A DNA stretch of 64,000 nt, from the NCBI GenBank assembly GCA_051313645.2, contig JBNRSN020000018.1, forward strand, positions 81,592,001 to 81,656,000, read 5' to 3'. This document shows positions 47,341-59,537 of this stretch, in pieces. The position numbers and the translations under genes are program-made. The notes under the pieces were generated by a model that did not search any database, was not told the origin of the DNA, and saw only the letters and a program-made list of their open reading frames with translations. The number at the start of each line of letters is the position of its first letter. Position 1 is the first letter of the stretch. This DNA comes from Centroscyllium fabricii (lineage: Eukaryota).

Positions 47341-47654
47341 CAGGTTGAGCACCGTTAATCCGTTACCCGAAAAACTGGCAGCTTCAGACGTCTGGCAACG
47401 ATTTCCCCGACTGCCCAGCGCATGCGCAAAATGGCCACCGCGCGTGGCTGCGCATGCCCGGGCCTCCCCGAACATGGCGAATGATCTGCGCATGCGCCGC
47501 CAAACGGCGACCGCATGCGCAGAGCATTGGAAATTTTGTGGTGGCCATTTTGAATGTTCTGCGCATGCGCCGCCGAAGCTTCAATCATTCGCCGTTTTCA
47601 ACAATTTGGCAGGGTACTGGTACCGACCCTGCCGGATTAACGGTGCTCAACCTG
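47341..47654. mobile_element. Tigger-like MITE rich in GCGCATGCGC motifs, copy 2
   Basis: TA-CAGGTTGAGCACCGTTAATCCG ... CGGATTAACGGTGCTCAACCTG-TA, a perfect 22-bp TIR. Confidence 0.92.
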
Positions 47655-47879
47655 TACTCAATAGGCCAGAATATTTCAAATTTTACACACAAAGATGAGG
47701 CTCCCTTTTATTTCTTCAATTCCTATTGGTCTTCCTGCACCACACACCAAGGTGGGCAGGTGTCCAGCCAATGGCCCTCTGCCAATACTGCCGTGCAATT
47801 GACCACTGAGAGGTGTACACAAGTAGCCTGAGATAAAGCATTTACTTTTTCTGCATGTGAGGAAGTGATTGAACTCTGG

Positions 47880-48962
47880 GGGCTGGATTTTCCAAGCCCT
47901 GAGGAGGCGGGCATGGAGGCGGGACAGACGGTAAACTCGGAGAAATTGGGGGCGATGGCAAACCCGCCCGCCTCCGTGCCCATTTGCCAGGAGGCGGGAA
48001 GATGTGCAGCTTCGGGTCCTGTCTCCTGGAGGCGGGAAAGTCATTTAATCCTTTTAACTGCCTGTTAACAGGTAGTTAACAGGCAGGAAAAAGGATTAGT
48101 GCCATTTTACCTTCACAGGTGAAGGCTTCCCGACCTCGGAGAAGCCTGCCGGGTTGGAGGAGACGTGGAGGAGGTCTGCGGCGGTCGGAGGCGCCTGGAA
48201 GTAAGATGTAGAGGTGAGTAATGGGTGCAAGTGTGGAGTGGTAAGTGTGCAAGGTGAGTGATAAGTTTAAAAAGTGTTCAGTTACTTTGTTTTCCTTCCA
48301 TAGCCTTTAGCCGCGGAGGATCAGGAGAGCTGACATCCGGCTTGTCAAATACAATAGCAAAATACTGCAGATGCTGGAAATCCAAAATAACCACAGAAAA
48401 TGCTGGACAAACTCGGCAAGTCAGGCACATCTGTGGAGAGAAACATAGGGATCAAACCCGAAACGTCTACTATGTCCGAAACGTCGACCCTATGTTTCTC
48501 TCCACGGATGTTGCCTGACCTGCTGAGTCTTTCCAGCATTTTCTGTGGTTAATCCTGCTTGTCAATTTCAGGTAATGGCTGTGATGGACCCTCCGATCCA
48601 TCAGACATCTGAAATTTACAAATTTACAATGTTTCATGAGTCCTCACCTCAAAGACTCGTCAAACTAAAGAGAATGTCAATGTTTGACAGCTTCACAGAG
48701 CTGTCAATGTTTGACAGCTTCACAGAGCTGTCAAACGCTGTCATTTCTTCTTTCAAGAAGTCTTGACAGATAGCACGTCTGACGTTGACATGATCTGTCA
48801 GTGACTTCTTCCCTAATTGGCCTGCTGAGCCTGCACGGCGGGCTTAACAAGCTCAATCAGGGGAAAATCCCTCTGAATGGTCAGGCGAGGATGGAGGCGG
48901 GCCAATGACACGACAAGCAGCAGTCCAGCCTCCAACTCGCCTCCATTCACAAAATCCAGCCC
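47880..48962. mobile_element. Non-autonomous PIF/Harbinger-type element, copy 2
   Basis: Perfect 12-bp TIR GGGCTGGATTTT / AAAATCCAGCCC with 3-bp TSD TGG. Colinear with 182-1011. Confidence 0.88.
48355..48570. mobile_element. Penelope-like palindromic short element nested in the Harbinger MITE
   Basis: TAACCACAGAAAATGCTGG...GGAGAGAAACATAGGG folds back on CCCTATGTTTCTCTCC...CCAGCATTTTCTGTGGTTA. A half copy lies at 34101-34160. Confidence 0.7.
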
Positions 48963-49004
48963 TGGGTGTCTCAGCTGGACGGCTAAAATAAAGAGAAAAA
49001 AATC

Positions 49005-49430
49005 AAAAGAGAGAACGTGTATTTATATAGAGCCTTTCACGTCCTCGGGACATTCCAACATGCTTCACACCCAATGAATTGCTTTCAAACTATAATCACT
49101 GTTATTGTGTTGGCAAATGCGGCAGCCAATTTGCACACAGCAAGATCCAACAAACAGCAGTGCAATAAATGAGCAGAACATCTTTCTTTGGAGACACTGA
49201 TTAGGGGATAAATGTTAGCCAGAGACTTGGAATAGTGCCATGGGATCATTTCTGTCCACCTGAACAGGCAGACAGGGCTTGGTTTAACATCTCATCTGGA
49301 AGCCACCACCTCCAACAATACAGCATTCCCTCTACTGGATTCATTGAGATTAAGTGCTCAAGTCCGTGCGTGAGACTTGAACCCACAACCTACTGACTGA
49401 GAGGTGGCAATGCCAGCACTGGGCCAAGCT
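49005..49430 (-). mobile_element. Deu-domain SINE (SacSINE1-like), degraded
   Basis: Colinear with 28790-29525. Confidence 0.72.
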
Positions 49431-49629
49431 GACAATTAAAGGAGTTTTATGTGCAGGAAATGCTGGCACAAACTTGTATGCTTCCACTTCATAGCAGCAT
49501 ATGGTACCACTATTAGAATATATTGTTTTAATAATCAGTAGACAGTTACATCACCAAATGTGTGGTTTCCACAGCATGGCATAAGCAACTGATCCAGTTC
49601 GTCCTTTTTGCCTTTAATCTTAAAAACTA

Positions 49630-50365
49630 GCAAGACAACAACAGCTTGCATTTCTATAGTGCCCTTTTCTACAGAAAGATGTTTTCAAGCAATTTACAAG
49701 TTGTCGGAAACCATTAAATCGCAGGCTAGAAAGGGAAAGATCTGGTTGAAGTGAGCGGTTTTAAGGAGGCATTTGAAAGTTGGAAGAGAGGTGGCAGGAT
49801 GGGAGGGATTTAGGGAGGGAGTTCCAGAGAGCAGAGGCATTGCAACAGAAAGAGCTGCCATTGACAGAGTGAAGTGAGTAGAACAAGCGGTAAACTCAGC
49901 TGCCTGTGTCCTAACTCGCACCAAGTCCCGTTCACCCATCACCCCTGCGCTCGCTGACCTACATTGGCTCCCAGCTAAGCAACGCCTCGATTTCAAAATT
50001 CTCATCCTTATTTTCAAATCATTCCATGGCCTCGCCCCTCCCCATCTCTGTAATCTCCTCCAGCCCCACAACACTCACAGATATTTGCGCTCCTCAAATT
50101 CTGGCCTCTTGAGCATCCCTGATTATAATCGCTCAACCATTGGTGGCCGTGCCTTCTGTTACCTAGGCCCTAAGCCCTGGAATTCCCTGCCTAATCCTCT
50201 CCGCCTCTCTTTCCTCTAAAATGCTCCTTAAAACCTACCTCTATTCATCTGCCCTAATTTCCCCTTATGTGACTCGGTGTCAAATGTTTTGTCTTATAAT
50301 ACTCCTGCAAAGCGCCTTGACACATTTTATGACGTTAAAGGCGCTGTTTAATACAAGTTGTTGTT
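49630..50365. mobile_element. Two back-to-back L2-like 3' ends (minus ~49630-49880, plus ~49890-50365)
   Basis: The plus piece reads NSAACVLTRTKSRSPITPALADLHWLP...DFKILILIFKSFHGLAP and ends in a (TTG)n tail. Confidence 0.75.
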
Positions 50366-51149
50366 GTAAACCAGTTTCAAAGGGGCGGAGGAGCGGTGTA
50401 TTGAGTAAATTCCTGAGATAGGGTGGGGCAAAACTGGAGGGATTTTACAGTGAGGGCAAAGGCTGTGACATTGATTGAGTTGAATGAAATCACAGAAGTG
50501 ATGAATAAACTTCACTAAACTATTAAAAACAATTGAGTGGATAATTACATCATTTAGGTAAATAGCCATGTTTCCACTGTAAACCTGTCAGAAGATTGTC
50601 TATCATCAGTCTATAAAAAGTGCTGGGACGTAGACATAGCCGAGCAGTATCTTGTTGAATTCACTGATGTCTGTATAGAGACTTCAATTTGCAATAGCCT
50701 GAGGCAAGATTGTTCCAAAATATCAGACATCAGCTGAAGCATCCATCATATTACCTGTTCTTGGTGCACAAAACATTTATTTTCTTCCACATTTAATTGA
50801 TAGTAAAAAAAATACAAATTTCCGCTGAGCCCTTTTATTTTTATAAACAGAAAAGGAACTAGATGGTGGCCTAATCAGTATCTTAATTGAGCTTGTATTA
50901 CATTAAGTTTCTAATAACTGGTCATTGTATTACCAGGACCTTGTATTGCTTCATCGATAGGAGTTGCATTCTCTATCGGTAATCTGCCTTCTGGATCATT
51001 GCCACCTTCTGCAAAGATATATTAGTGATGGTTCATAGGCACTGCAGTACGTGAAAGGTTAATTTGAATTATTTTAGGGCTTCATGCGTTTTGTGATCAT
51101 CTTGTATTTTTAATGCATATTCCAATCAGTTTTTGGATATGCTTCCACA

Positions 51150-51405
51150 TCCCCCACTCACTTTGCCCACCATTGGCAGCCATGCCATCAGCCGTGTGGG
51201 CCCTAAGCTCTGGAATTCTCTCCTTCCGCCTCTCCACATCTCTCTCCTCCTTTAAGATAGTGCTTTAAATTTATGATGAAGCTTTCAGTCACCCCTCCTA
51301 ATATCTCCTCCTTTGGCTCGGTGTCAATGTTTTGTCTAATTGCGCTTCTGTGAAGCATCTTGTGGCATTTTCCTACATTAAAGGCACTATGTAAATGCAA
51401 GCAGT
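51150..51405 (+). mobile_element. L2-like 3' tail fragment
   Basis: CCCTAAGCTCTGGAATTC...AAAGGCACTATGTAAATGCAAG resembles 50140-50365. Confidence 0.65.
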
Positions 51406-52256
51406 TACTGCTTTGTCAGTCTATATATAATTATCAATCTTGCATCTATCGTCAGTCTGTGGCATAACTTCTTTCAAAGGTGTCATACCTGAAAGTATAG
51501 CCTCAGAGGTGTAATCTGACAAAGCATCACTCATCCATGGGAAAAATAGTAATTTGCTGAAAAAAGCACTTATCTTTTACGTTACCAATATTGGAACTTT
51601 AAACTTCAGCTTGGGTGTAAAACAGACGCTATCGGATCAGTCACCTGTTATACAGCCCTCATGATTTCTCTTTCTGTGAAGCCAATGGAAAGGAAAATTG
51701 GGCAAAGTGTTTAATAGGCAGCCTCCTAAAAATGCAAATCAGATGCTATCACTTAGATAAGACACAATACTATTTTAACTCCTATGCGGAGCCACCAGGT
51801 GGACAGTCCACTCAGGAAAACCTAGCGGACACCCAGAGGCTCTGTAAGGCAAGTGTAAAACTTGCCGTTGTCGGGCCCAGAGGAGCAGGAATCCTCGCAC
51901 TGTTCCAGGGCGGGCAGCCCATGTGTCTCTCCAACTTCCCACCCGGGGTGTTAAAATTTTCCTCTCTGATTAACTCAGTGACCAATGAGGGACGAGTAAG
52001 TAGTGGAACACTGAGCAACCAAATGGGCCAACAAAAAAAATCTGCAGCTACCAATCCCAAACTGGCAAGTTGCAGACACCAACCAATCAAATCACCCAAC
52101 TAATACTGTAAATATGTTTGGAGCCATCGCATTGGTTTTTCAGCTCGCTTGAATATATGCCCTTCATAGAATCATAGAATCATAGAAACTTTACAGTGCG
52201 GATAAAGGCCATTCGGCCCATCCAGTCCGCACCGGCCCAGGAAACTCCTCACTATA

Positions 52257-53806
52257 CTAACCCCATTTGCCCGCACCTGGCCCATAACCCTGTATATTAC
52301 GGTCCTTCATGTGCTGGTCCAAATATTTTTTAAATGTTGCGATGGTTTCTGCCTCCACCACCCTTACAGGCAGGGAGTTCCACACTTCCACCACCCTCTG
52401 AGTAAAGAAATTTTTCCTTACCTCCCCCCTAAACCTCCCCCCCCTAATCTTGAATCTATGTCCCCTAGTACTTGACTCTCCCACCAAGGGAAACAATGCC
52501 CCTTTATCCACCCTATCGTGTCCTCTCATGATCCTGTACACCTCAATCATGTCACCCCTCAATCTTCTCTTCTCCAAGGCAAACAACCCCAGCCTGTCCA
52601 GCCTTTCCTCGTAGCATAAGTCCCCCAGACCAGGTATCATCCTGGTAAACCTTCTCTGCACCCTCTCCAGGGCAACCACATTCTTCCTGAAGTGCGGTGA
52701 CCAGAACTGCACACAGTACTCCAGCTGAGGTCTCACCAGCGTGTTATACAAGTTTAACATTACCTCCCTACTTTTGTATACTATGCCCTGGTTAATAAAG
52801 GCCAGAATTCCGTATGCCTTCTTAACCACCTTGGTTACGTGTCCAGCAACCTTCAGGGAGCTGTGCACCTGTACCCCAAGGTCCCTCTGTTCCTCGGTCC
52901 TACCTAACGTTTTTTTGTTCATGGTATATTCCCTTACCCCATTTGGTCTGCCGAATTGTATGACCTCGCATTTCTCTGGGTTGAACTCCATTTGCCATTT
53001 TTCTGCCCAACTAACCATTACATTTATATCTTCCTGGAGCCTTTTACTATCTTCATCGTTATTTACCACCCTTCCAATTTTCGTATCATCAGCAAATTTG
53101 CTGATCGTACCCCCTACTCCCATGTCCAAATCATTGATGTATACTAGAAACAGTAAGGGTCCCAAAACCGATCCTTGGGGGACACCACTGGTTACTGGTT
53201 TCCAGTCACAGAAGCAGCCCTCTACCATTACCCTTTGTCTCCTATCCCCCAGCCAATTTTGAATCCACTGTGCCAAGTTGCCCTGTATCCCATGTGCTTT
53301 AACCTTTGTTATTAGTCTCCTATGTGGGACTTTATCAAAAGCCTTGCTGAAGTCCATATACACCACGTCAACAGTACTCCCTTCATCCACCCTCTTTGTT
53401 ACCTCTTCAAAGAATTCCAACAGATTAGTTAGGCACGACTTACCTTTGACGAAGCCATGTTGACTATCCCTTATCAGACCCTGCTTTTCCAAATGCAGAC
53501 TGATTTTGTCCCTCAGAATTTTTTCCATTACTTTCCCCACTACAGATGTAAGACTGATTGGCCTATAGTTACCCGGTTCGTCCCTACTACTCTTTTTAAA
53601 CAGGGGTACTACATTAGCCGTTCTCCAGTCCTCAGGTACATCCCCTGACGCGAGAGAGGACCTGAAAATTTGAGACAGGGGGCCCGCAAGCTCTTCCCTG
53701 GCCTCGAACAGCAGCCTGGGGAACATCGCGTCCGGCCCTGGTGATTTGTCTACCTTTAAGCTTCCCAAGATTTCTAGTACTTCTTCCCTTGTAATGGTAA
53801 TATCCT
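52257..53806 (-). CDS. CR1 ORF2 3' part (reverse transcriptase)
   Basis: Open frame: KSPGPD, NYRPISLTS, DFSKAFD, GVPQGSVLGP, FADD. Confidence 0.95.
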
Positions 53807-55423
53807 TGTAACCCTTTTTACGATTGGCCCCCCCCCTCTCCTTTACTGAGAATGGGGGGTTAGGTTAATACCAATTACCCCGTAGGTTCTTAACGTACCC
53901 CACGTGTAGAATTCTGTGACCTCCACCCAAATGTAACCCTTTTAACTTGAGAGAGATGAATCTGAGACAAGATTTCTATTTACAAACTTTAATAACAGGG
54001 ATGGGAGATAGAGTTTACATACAAACAGTGTTAAACAACTAGCAACTAGATACACAAATAGAAAGCAGCGTTAATGTCATGCAACAAATCAATCAGCATT
54101 CATTCAATTCACAGACACTCCCAAGAACACACTTCAATCAGCAATTTACAATGGCAAGGCACTCACTTTAGCACCCTTACAGAACACATTTCAACTGGAC
54201 ATTTACAATGGCAAGGCATCCACTTTAGCACCCTTACACCTTGTTCCCCAAGCCCTTTTCTCAGAAGTACTACTCACGACTGTCCGAATAGGGCTTGACA
54301 ATGAGGACCGTACACTACAGTCTCCTCATCCCAAGGGAGACAACGACGGCTCTTGGAACTGCCTCTCAGTCCTTTTAACACGAAAGCTTCCAGCATCTTC
54401 CAGCAGTGGGCGTCGCACACAGCTCTCCACCCTCTGTTTCCTGCAACCTCGTCTTCCCCAAGCCCTTCTCTCAGCAGCCGCCACTCACGACTGTCTGAAC
54501 AGGGCTTGACAATGAGTACCGTACACTACAGCCTACTCATCCCAAGGGAGACAACGACGGCTCTTGGAACTGCCTCTCAATCCTTTTAACACGAAAGCCT
54601 CCAGCATCTTCCAGCAGTGGGCGTCGCACACAGCTCTCCACCCTCTGTTTCCTGCAACCTCGTCTTCCCCAAGCCCTTCTCTCAGCAGCCGCCACTCACG
54701 ACTGTCCGAACAGGGCTTGACAATGAGTACCGTACACTACAGCCTACTCATCCCAAGGGAGACAACGACGGCTCTTGGAACTGCCTCTCAATCCTTTTAA
54801 CACGAAAGCCTCCAGCATCTTCCAGCAGTGGGCGTCGAACACACTTCTCCACCCTCTGCTTCCTGCAACCTCGTCTTCCCCAAGCCCTTCTCTCAGTAGT
54901 TACTACTCACGACTGTCCAAATAGGGCTTGACAATGAGGACCGTACACTACAGCCTCCTCATCCCCAGGGAGATAACGACGGCTCTTGGAACTGCCTCTC
55001 TCATGGCTTCTCTGGATCTTTCCCGGATCTTCTCTCCATCTAACCTCCTGCTCAATCTTCTCTCTTCCTCCTGCGCTCTATTTTTTTTTGTCGCTAGGCG
55101 TGTCCAGCCTTTTATCCTGTCCTGGCTCCACCCTCCAGTAACTCACCCCACTTTTAGCCAGCCTATCGCAAAGCAAGCACACAGCCCCCACCTGCAAGAC
55201 TCCTTGTTTTTCCAGACTGGCCGGAGCCGAGTGCTGGTTTCCATGGCAGCCCAGCCTGTCTGCAACATTGTCCATCCTCACACCTGGACAACAACCCCCT
55301 TGTGATCAAACTTCCAGACAAACTGGCACCGAAGAAGTCACCTGACCTCAGACCACTGGATCCCTAGACTTTTAACCCTTTAGGGAGATTCTCCCTGACT
55401 CTGGGTTTCAGACCCAGGTTACA
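53807..55423 (-). mobile_element. 1617-bp solo LTR (Gypsy/Gmr1-like or ERV)
   Basis: TGTAACC...GGTTACA inverted termini with 4-bp TSD TCCT. Removing it restores the CR1 frame (VIED|ITITREEV). Orientation inferred from minus-strand GATAAAAG and ATTAAA. Confidence 0.85.
54243..55001. repeat. 211-bp tandem array (about 3.6 copies) inside the solo LTR
   Basis: Near-identical ORFs at 54353 and 54564 give a 211-bp period. Preceded by two ~57-bp units (54125-54238). Confidence 0.9.
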
Positions 55424-56754
55424 TCCTCAATTACCCCCCCTACACTCTGTCCGATTACGATGTCGGTTCCGTCCCCCTCTCTTGTGAATACTGAAGAGAA
55501 AAATTCGTTTAGTACCTCCCCCACCGCCTCGGGCTCGACGCACAACTTTCCGCTATCGCCCTTAATGGGCCCCACTCTTTCCCTCGTGATCCTTTTGTTT
55601 TTTATATAACTGTAAAATGCCTTAGGGTTATCCTTGATTTTGCCGGCCATTGCAATCTCATGACCCCTCTTGGCTTTTCTTATCTCCTTCTTTAATTCCC
55701 CCCTATACTTCTTATACTCCCCTAGTGCCTCCTCAGTTTTTAGCCGTTTATATTCATTGAAGGCCCCCCTTTTTTTCTTCATTAATTTACATATATCCCT
55801 AGACATCCAAGGTTCCCTTTGTTTACCTCCCCCGCCCTTAATTTTTGCAGGAACATGTTCCTCCTGTATCTTCCCGACCTTCCCTCTGAAGGCCTCCCAC
55901 TGCTCTGATGCAGATCTTCCTCTGAGAAGATGGCCCCAATCTACTGCGGCTACATCGCGCCTAATTTTAATGAAATCCGCCTTCCCCCAGTTTAGTACTT
56001 TTACCCCTGGTCCATTTTTATCCTTCTCCATTACAATCTTGAAACTAACTGAATTGTGGTCGCTATCCCCGAAGTGCTCCCCCACTGTTACCTCCTCTAT
56101 CTGCCCGTCTTCGTTCCCAAGTATTAGGTCTAGTACCGCCCCCCCCCTTGTAGGTGACCCAACATATTGCTTCAAAAAACTCTCTTGGCTGCATTTTAAG
56201 AATGCTGAACCTTCCGTGCCCCTCACACTCTGACAATCCCAGTTGATGTTGGGGAAATTAAAGTCCCCTAATATTATTACTTTGTTATTTTCGCTTATCT
56301 TCGTGATTTGCTCACATATCTTACCCTCCATCTCCCCTTTACTGTTTGGTGGTCTATAATATACTCCCAGTAAGGTGCCCCCCCCCCTTTTTATTTTTTA
56401 CCTCCACCCATAGTGCCTCGTTTGAGGAATCATCCATTAGGTCGACCCGCCTGATGGCTGTGATTGAATCCTTAATCAGTATCGCTACCCCCCTCCCCTT
56501 TTTCCCTCGTCTCTGTCCCGCCTGAAAATTCTATACCCCGGAATATTTAGCTGCCATTCCTGCCCCTCCTTCAGCCACGTCTCCGTGATAGCTACTATAT
56601 CATATTCCCATGAGTCAACCAATACCTTTAACTCATCCACCTTGTTAGTCAGACTCCTTGCGTTAAAATATATACCTTTCATTCTCTGACCTAATACTAC
56701 CTTGTTTTGCTGTCTAGTCTGCTTTCCTTTATTAGGTTGTATTCCCCTACCCAT
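55424..56754 (-). pseudogene. CR1 ORF2 5' part (APE endonuclease and linker)
   Basis: YFNARSL, AITETWL, YYRPPNS, GDFNFP, LDLIL and SDHN motifs. Two compensating 1-bp shifts in G runs near 56490 and 56380. Confidence 0.9.
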
Positions 56755-56789
56755 TATGCCTTCACTCTGGGTCCCCTCCCCCTGCCAAT

Positions 56790-57749
56790 TTAGTTTAAAC
56801 CCACCCCAACCCGACTATCAAACCTTCCCGCAAGGATATTGGTCCCATTCCGGTTCAGGTGCAACCCGTCCTGCATGTACAGGTTCCACTTACCCCAGAA
56901 GCAAGACCAATTGTCCAAAAAGCTGAAACCCTCCTTCCTACACCAACTTCTTAGCCACGAATTAAGCTGCTCTATCTTACGGTTCCTATACTCACTAGCT
57001 CGTGGCACTGGGAGTAATCCAGAGATTACAACCTTTGGGGTCCTGCTTTTTAGCTTTTTACCCAGCTCCCTAAATTCTCTTTGCAGGACCTCATCCCCCT
57101 TTTTTCCTATGTCGTTGGTGCCAATGTGGACCACAACTTCTACCTGGTTCCCCTCCCCCCTCAAGATGTCCTGCAGCCGATCCGTGACATCCCGGACCCT
57201 GGCACCAGGGAGGCAAGTAACCATCCTGGTGTCACGTCTGCGGCCGCAGAACCGCCTCTCTGTGCCCCTTACGATTGAATCCCCTATTACTACTGCTGGC
57301 ACACTAGTTTCCCTCCCATTCTGGGCAGCCCCAGCACCCCTAGTGCCAGGAAGTAGGCTGCTACTGCCCTCCCCTGGTAGGTCCTCCCCCTCCACAGTAT
57401 CCAAAGCGGTATAACTGTTGGACAGGGGGACGGCCACAGGGGTTCCCTGCACTTCCTTCCTCACTTTGGCACTCCTCTTGGTGGTCACCCAATTTCCTTC
57501 TATCTGGTCTACTCTAGTCTTTGGTGTGACCACCCTCTCAAACGTGCTGTCCACGACCCGCTCATCGTTGTCTACGCCCCATAATGCTTCCATCCGCAGC
57601 TCCAGCGCCGCCATGCGGTCGGCTAAGATCTGTAGATGGATGCATTTCCTGCATACGTGTTCTTCAGGGGCCCCGTCCGGGCCCCTGAATTCCCACATAT
57701 TACAGGTGGAGCATATGACTGCGATGGCCTGCACTGCCATGTCTCCCAT
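56790..57749 (-). CDS. CR1 ORF1: N-terminal CxxC zinc motif, coiled coil and SGNH esterase domain
   Basis: Intact 319 aa: CSTC...CRKC, VVIGDS, HIGTND, DGLHLN. Confidence 0.93.
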   Translation of the reverse strand: MGDMAVQAIAVICSTCNMWEFRGPDGAPEEHVCRKCIHLQILADRMAALELRMEALWGVDNDERVVDSTFERVVTPKTRVDQIEGNWVTTKRSAKVRKEVQGTPVAVPLSNSYTALDTVEGEDLPGEGSSSLLPGTRGAGAAQNGRETSVPAVVIGDSIVRGTERRFCGRRRDTRMVTCLPGARVRDVTDRLQDILRGEGNQVEVVVHIGTNDIGKKGDEVLQREFRELGKKLKSRTPKVVISGLLPVPRASEYRNRKIEQLNSWLRSWCRKEGFSFLDNWSCFWGKWNLYMQDGLHLNRNGTNILAGRFDSRVGVGLN

Positions 57750-58889
57750 TTTATATCTTAAATCCCTTGTTCTAGTAGACTTAATCTACTCTGACTTTAG
57801 ACCGGTCTATAAAGTACCCTTCGTTTCCTTTTTAGATTTACTGAATCCCACTACTTTTAGTAGTTTTTAGAAAAGTTTGAGGAAAGTACTCACCAGTCCC
57901 TTGCCTCCTGTTGTGAAGGTTTTCTCTGTCCTGGAACCCTTTCCACCTAGGTTGGGCTCCTGAAAATAAAATAATTTGAACTTACCTTTTTTAAAATCGC
58001 TCTAACCCCCTAAGGTTAGAGGAGGATGGAAGGGTGGGAAACACTATCACGTAGTGTTTCGGGTTTAGCACACAGCTCCCCTTTTATACTGCAAAGAAAG
58101 TCCCACGAGACTTGCCGAGACTTGTCCCGCCCCCCGCTCCTCGGCAACGCTGCTGAACGGCTTTTAAAAAAGCCCGCGCTGGCTCAGCTCTCCTGGCTCC
58201 GTTTCCCTGAAGCAACGCTAGCTCAGCTCCCCTGGAAGGAAAGGAAAGTTACCTGTCCTTCTCTCCTGGCTCAGCTCCCCTGAAGCAGCGTTAGCTCAGC
58301 TCCCCTGGAAGGAAAGTTACCTGTCCTTTTTCTGCGCCTCAGGCTCCCAGCTGGCTGGACTCTGCCTTATAGGTAATAGTCCTAACATAAGGAATCCATT
58401 GTAAATGATCATTGAGGATAAACACTCATTCTTATTCATCGAGTCAACTGCACAGTGTTGTAAATTCTTGGAAAACATTTTTGTGTAGAGGTCAATGTCA
58501 GCAACCTGGGGCCCAATTTTGAGTGCTTGCCTGGAACTTCAATTATTGACTTAGGTTTAGATTCTTTGTTTGAGCTGGAAAAGATTCCTCAATCATGCAT
58601 ACAGAGCCCAACAGCTGTGATTAACATTCAGTGCCAGCTCCCTCTGCCCAAATCATTGATGTTATGCTGCTCCCTTGTCTCCCTGTTCCCTGAAGTTGTG
58701 CTGATCCTTTCCCAGCTGCTCCTGTCACCCAGTTCCTCGAGTTGTGATATTCCTCTCCGGTTCCACACCTCGATGTTGTGCAGTTGCTGCTGCACCCATT
58801 CCCTATTTTTTGACATTCTATTCCCTGATGCTATGCTGCCCTTCTCTTTCCCCCATTCTCCAGTGTTATGCTGAGTATATGTACACAGA

Positions 58890-59537
58890 TCATGGTGTGG
58901 ACAAGGCAGTAAAAAAGGCCTATGGTGTATTGGCCTTCATCAACAGGGGAATAGAGTTTTAGAACCGGGAGGTCATGCTACAGCTGTACAGGTCACTGGT
59001 GAGACCACACTTGGAGTACTGTGTGCAGTTCTGGGCACCGTACTACAGGAGAGATGTGGAGGCGCTGGAGATGGTGCAGAGGAGATTCACCAGGATGCTG
59101 CCGGGAATGGGGGGAAAGTCGTACGAGGAGAGGTTGAGGGAGCTGGGACTCTTCTCCCTGGAACGGAGAAGGAAGAGGGGGGACTTAATAGAGATGTTTA
59201 AAATGATGAAGGGGATCGATAGAGTAAACGTGCAGAGACTGTTTCCCCGGGTGGGAAGAATGACAACAAGAGGGCACGAGCACAAGATTCAAGGAGGAAG
59301 ATTCAGAAGGGATGGCAGGGGCAAGTTCTTTACGCAGAGAGTGGTCGGGGAATGGAATAGGCTACCATCTGAAATAGTGGATGTGGACAGTCTGGGTGCT
59401 TTTAAAAGGATGATAGATAGGTACATGGAGGGGAAGGAAGAGTAGGGGGGACAGGAAAAATCAGAGACGGACTAAGCGCGGCACTACATTGAGGGCCCAA
59501 GGGCCTGTACAGTGCTGTATGTTCTATGTTCTATGCT
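58890..59537 (+). mobile_element. CR1 3' fragment (distinct subfamily)
   Basis: KAVKKAYGVLAFI...RPHLEYCVQFWAP...FFTQRVVGEWNRLP, tail TGTTCTATGTTCTATG. Confidence 0.9.

Larger units (their letters stand above)
52165..58370 (-). mobile_element. Full-length CR1 LINE interrupted by a solo LTR
   Basis: (ATTCTATG)n tail at 52165, ORF2 (APE plus RT), ORF1, and a ~600-bp 5' UTR with short tandem repeats. Confidence 0.95.

Noticed and set aside
54243-55001. Regular repeats suggesting a CRISPR-like array or repeated small genes
   Set aside because: Head-to-tail 211-bp units without unique spacers, inside a eukaryotic LTR. The duplicate ORFs are by-products of the repeat.
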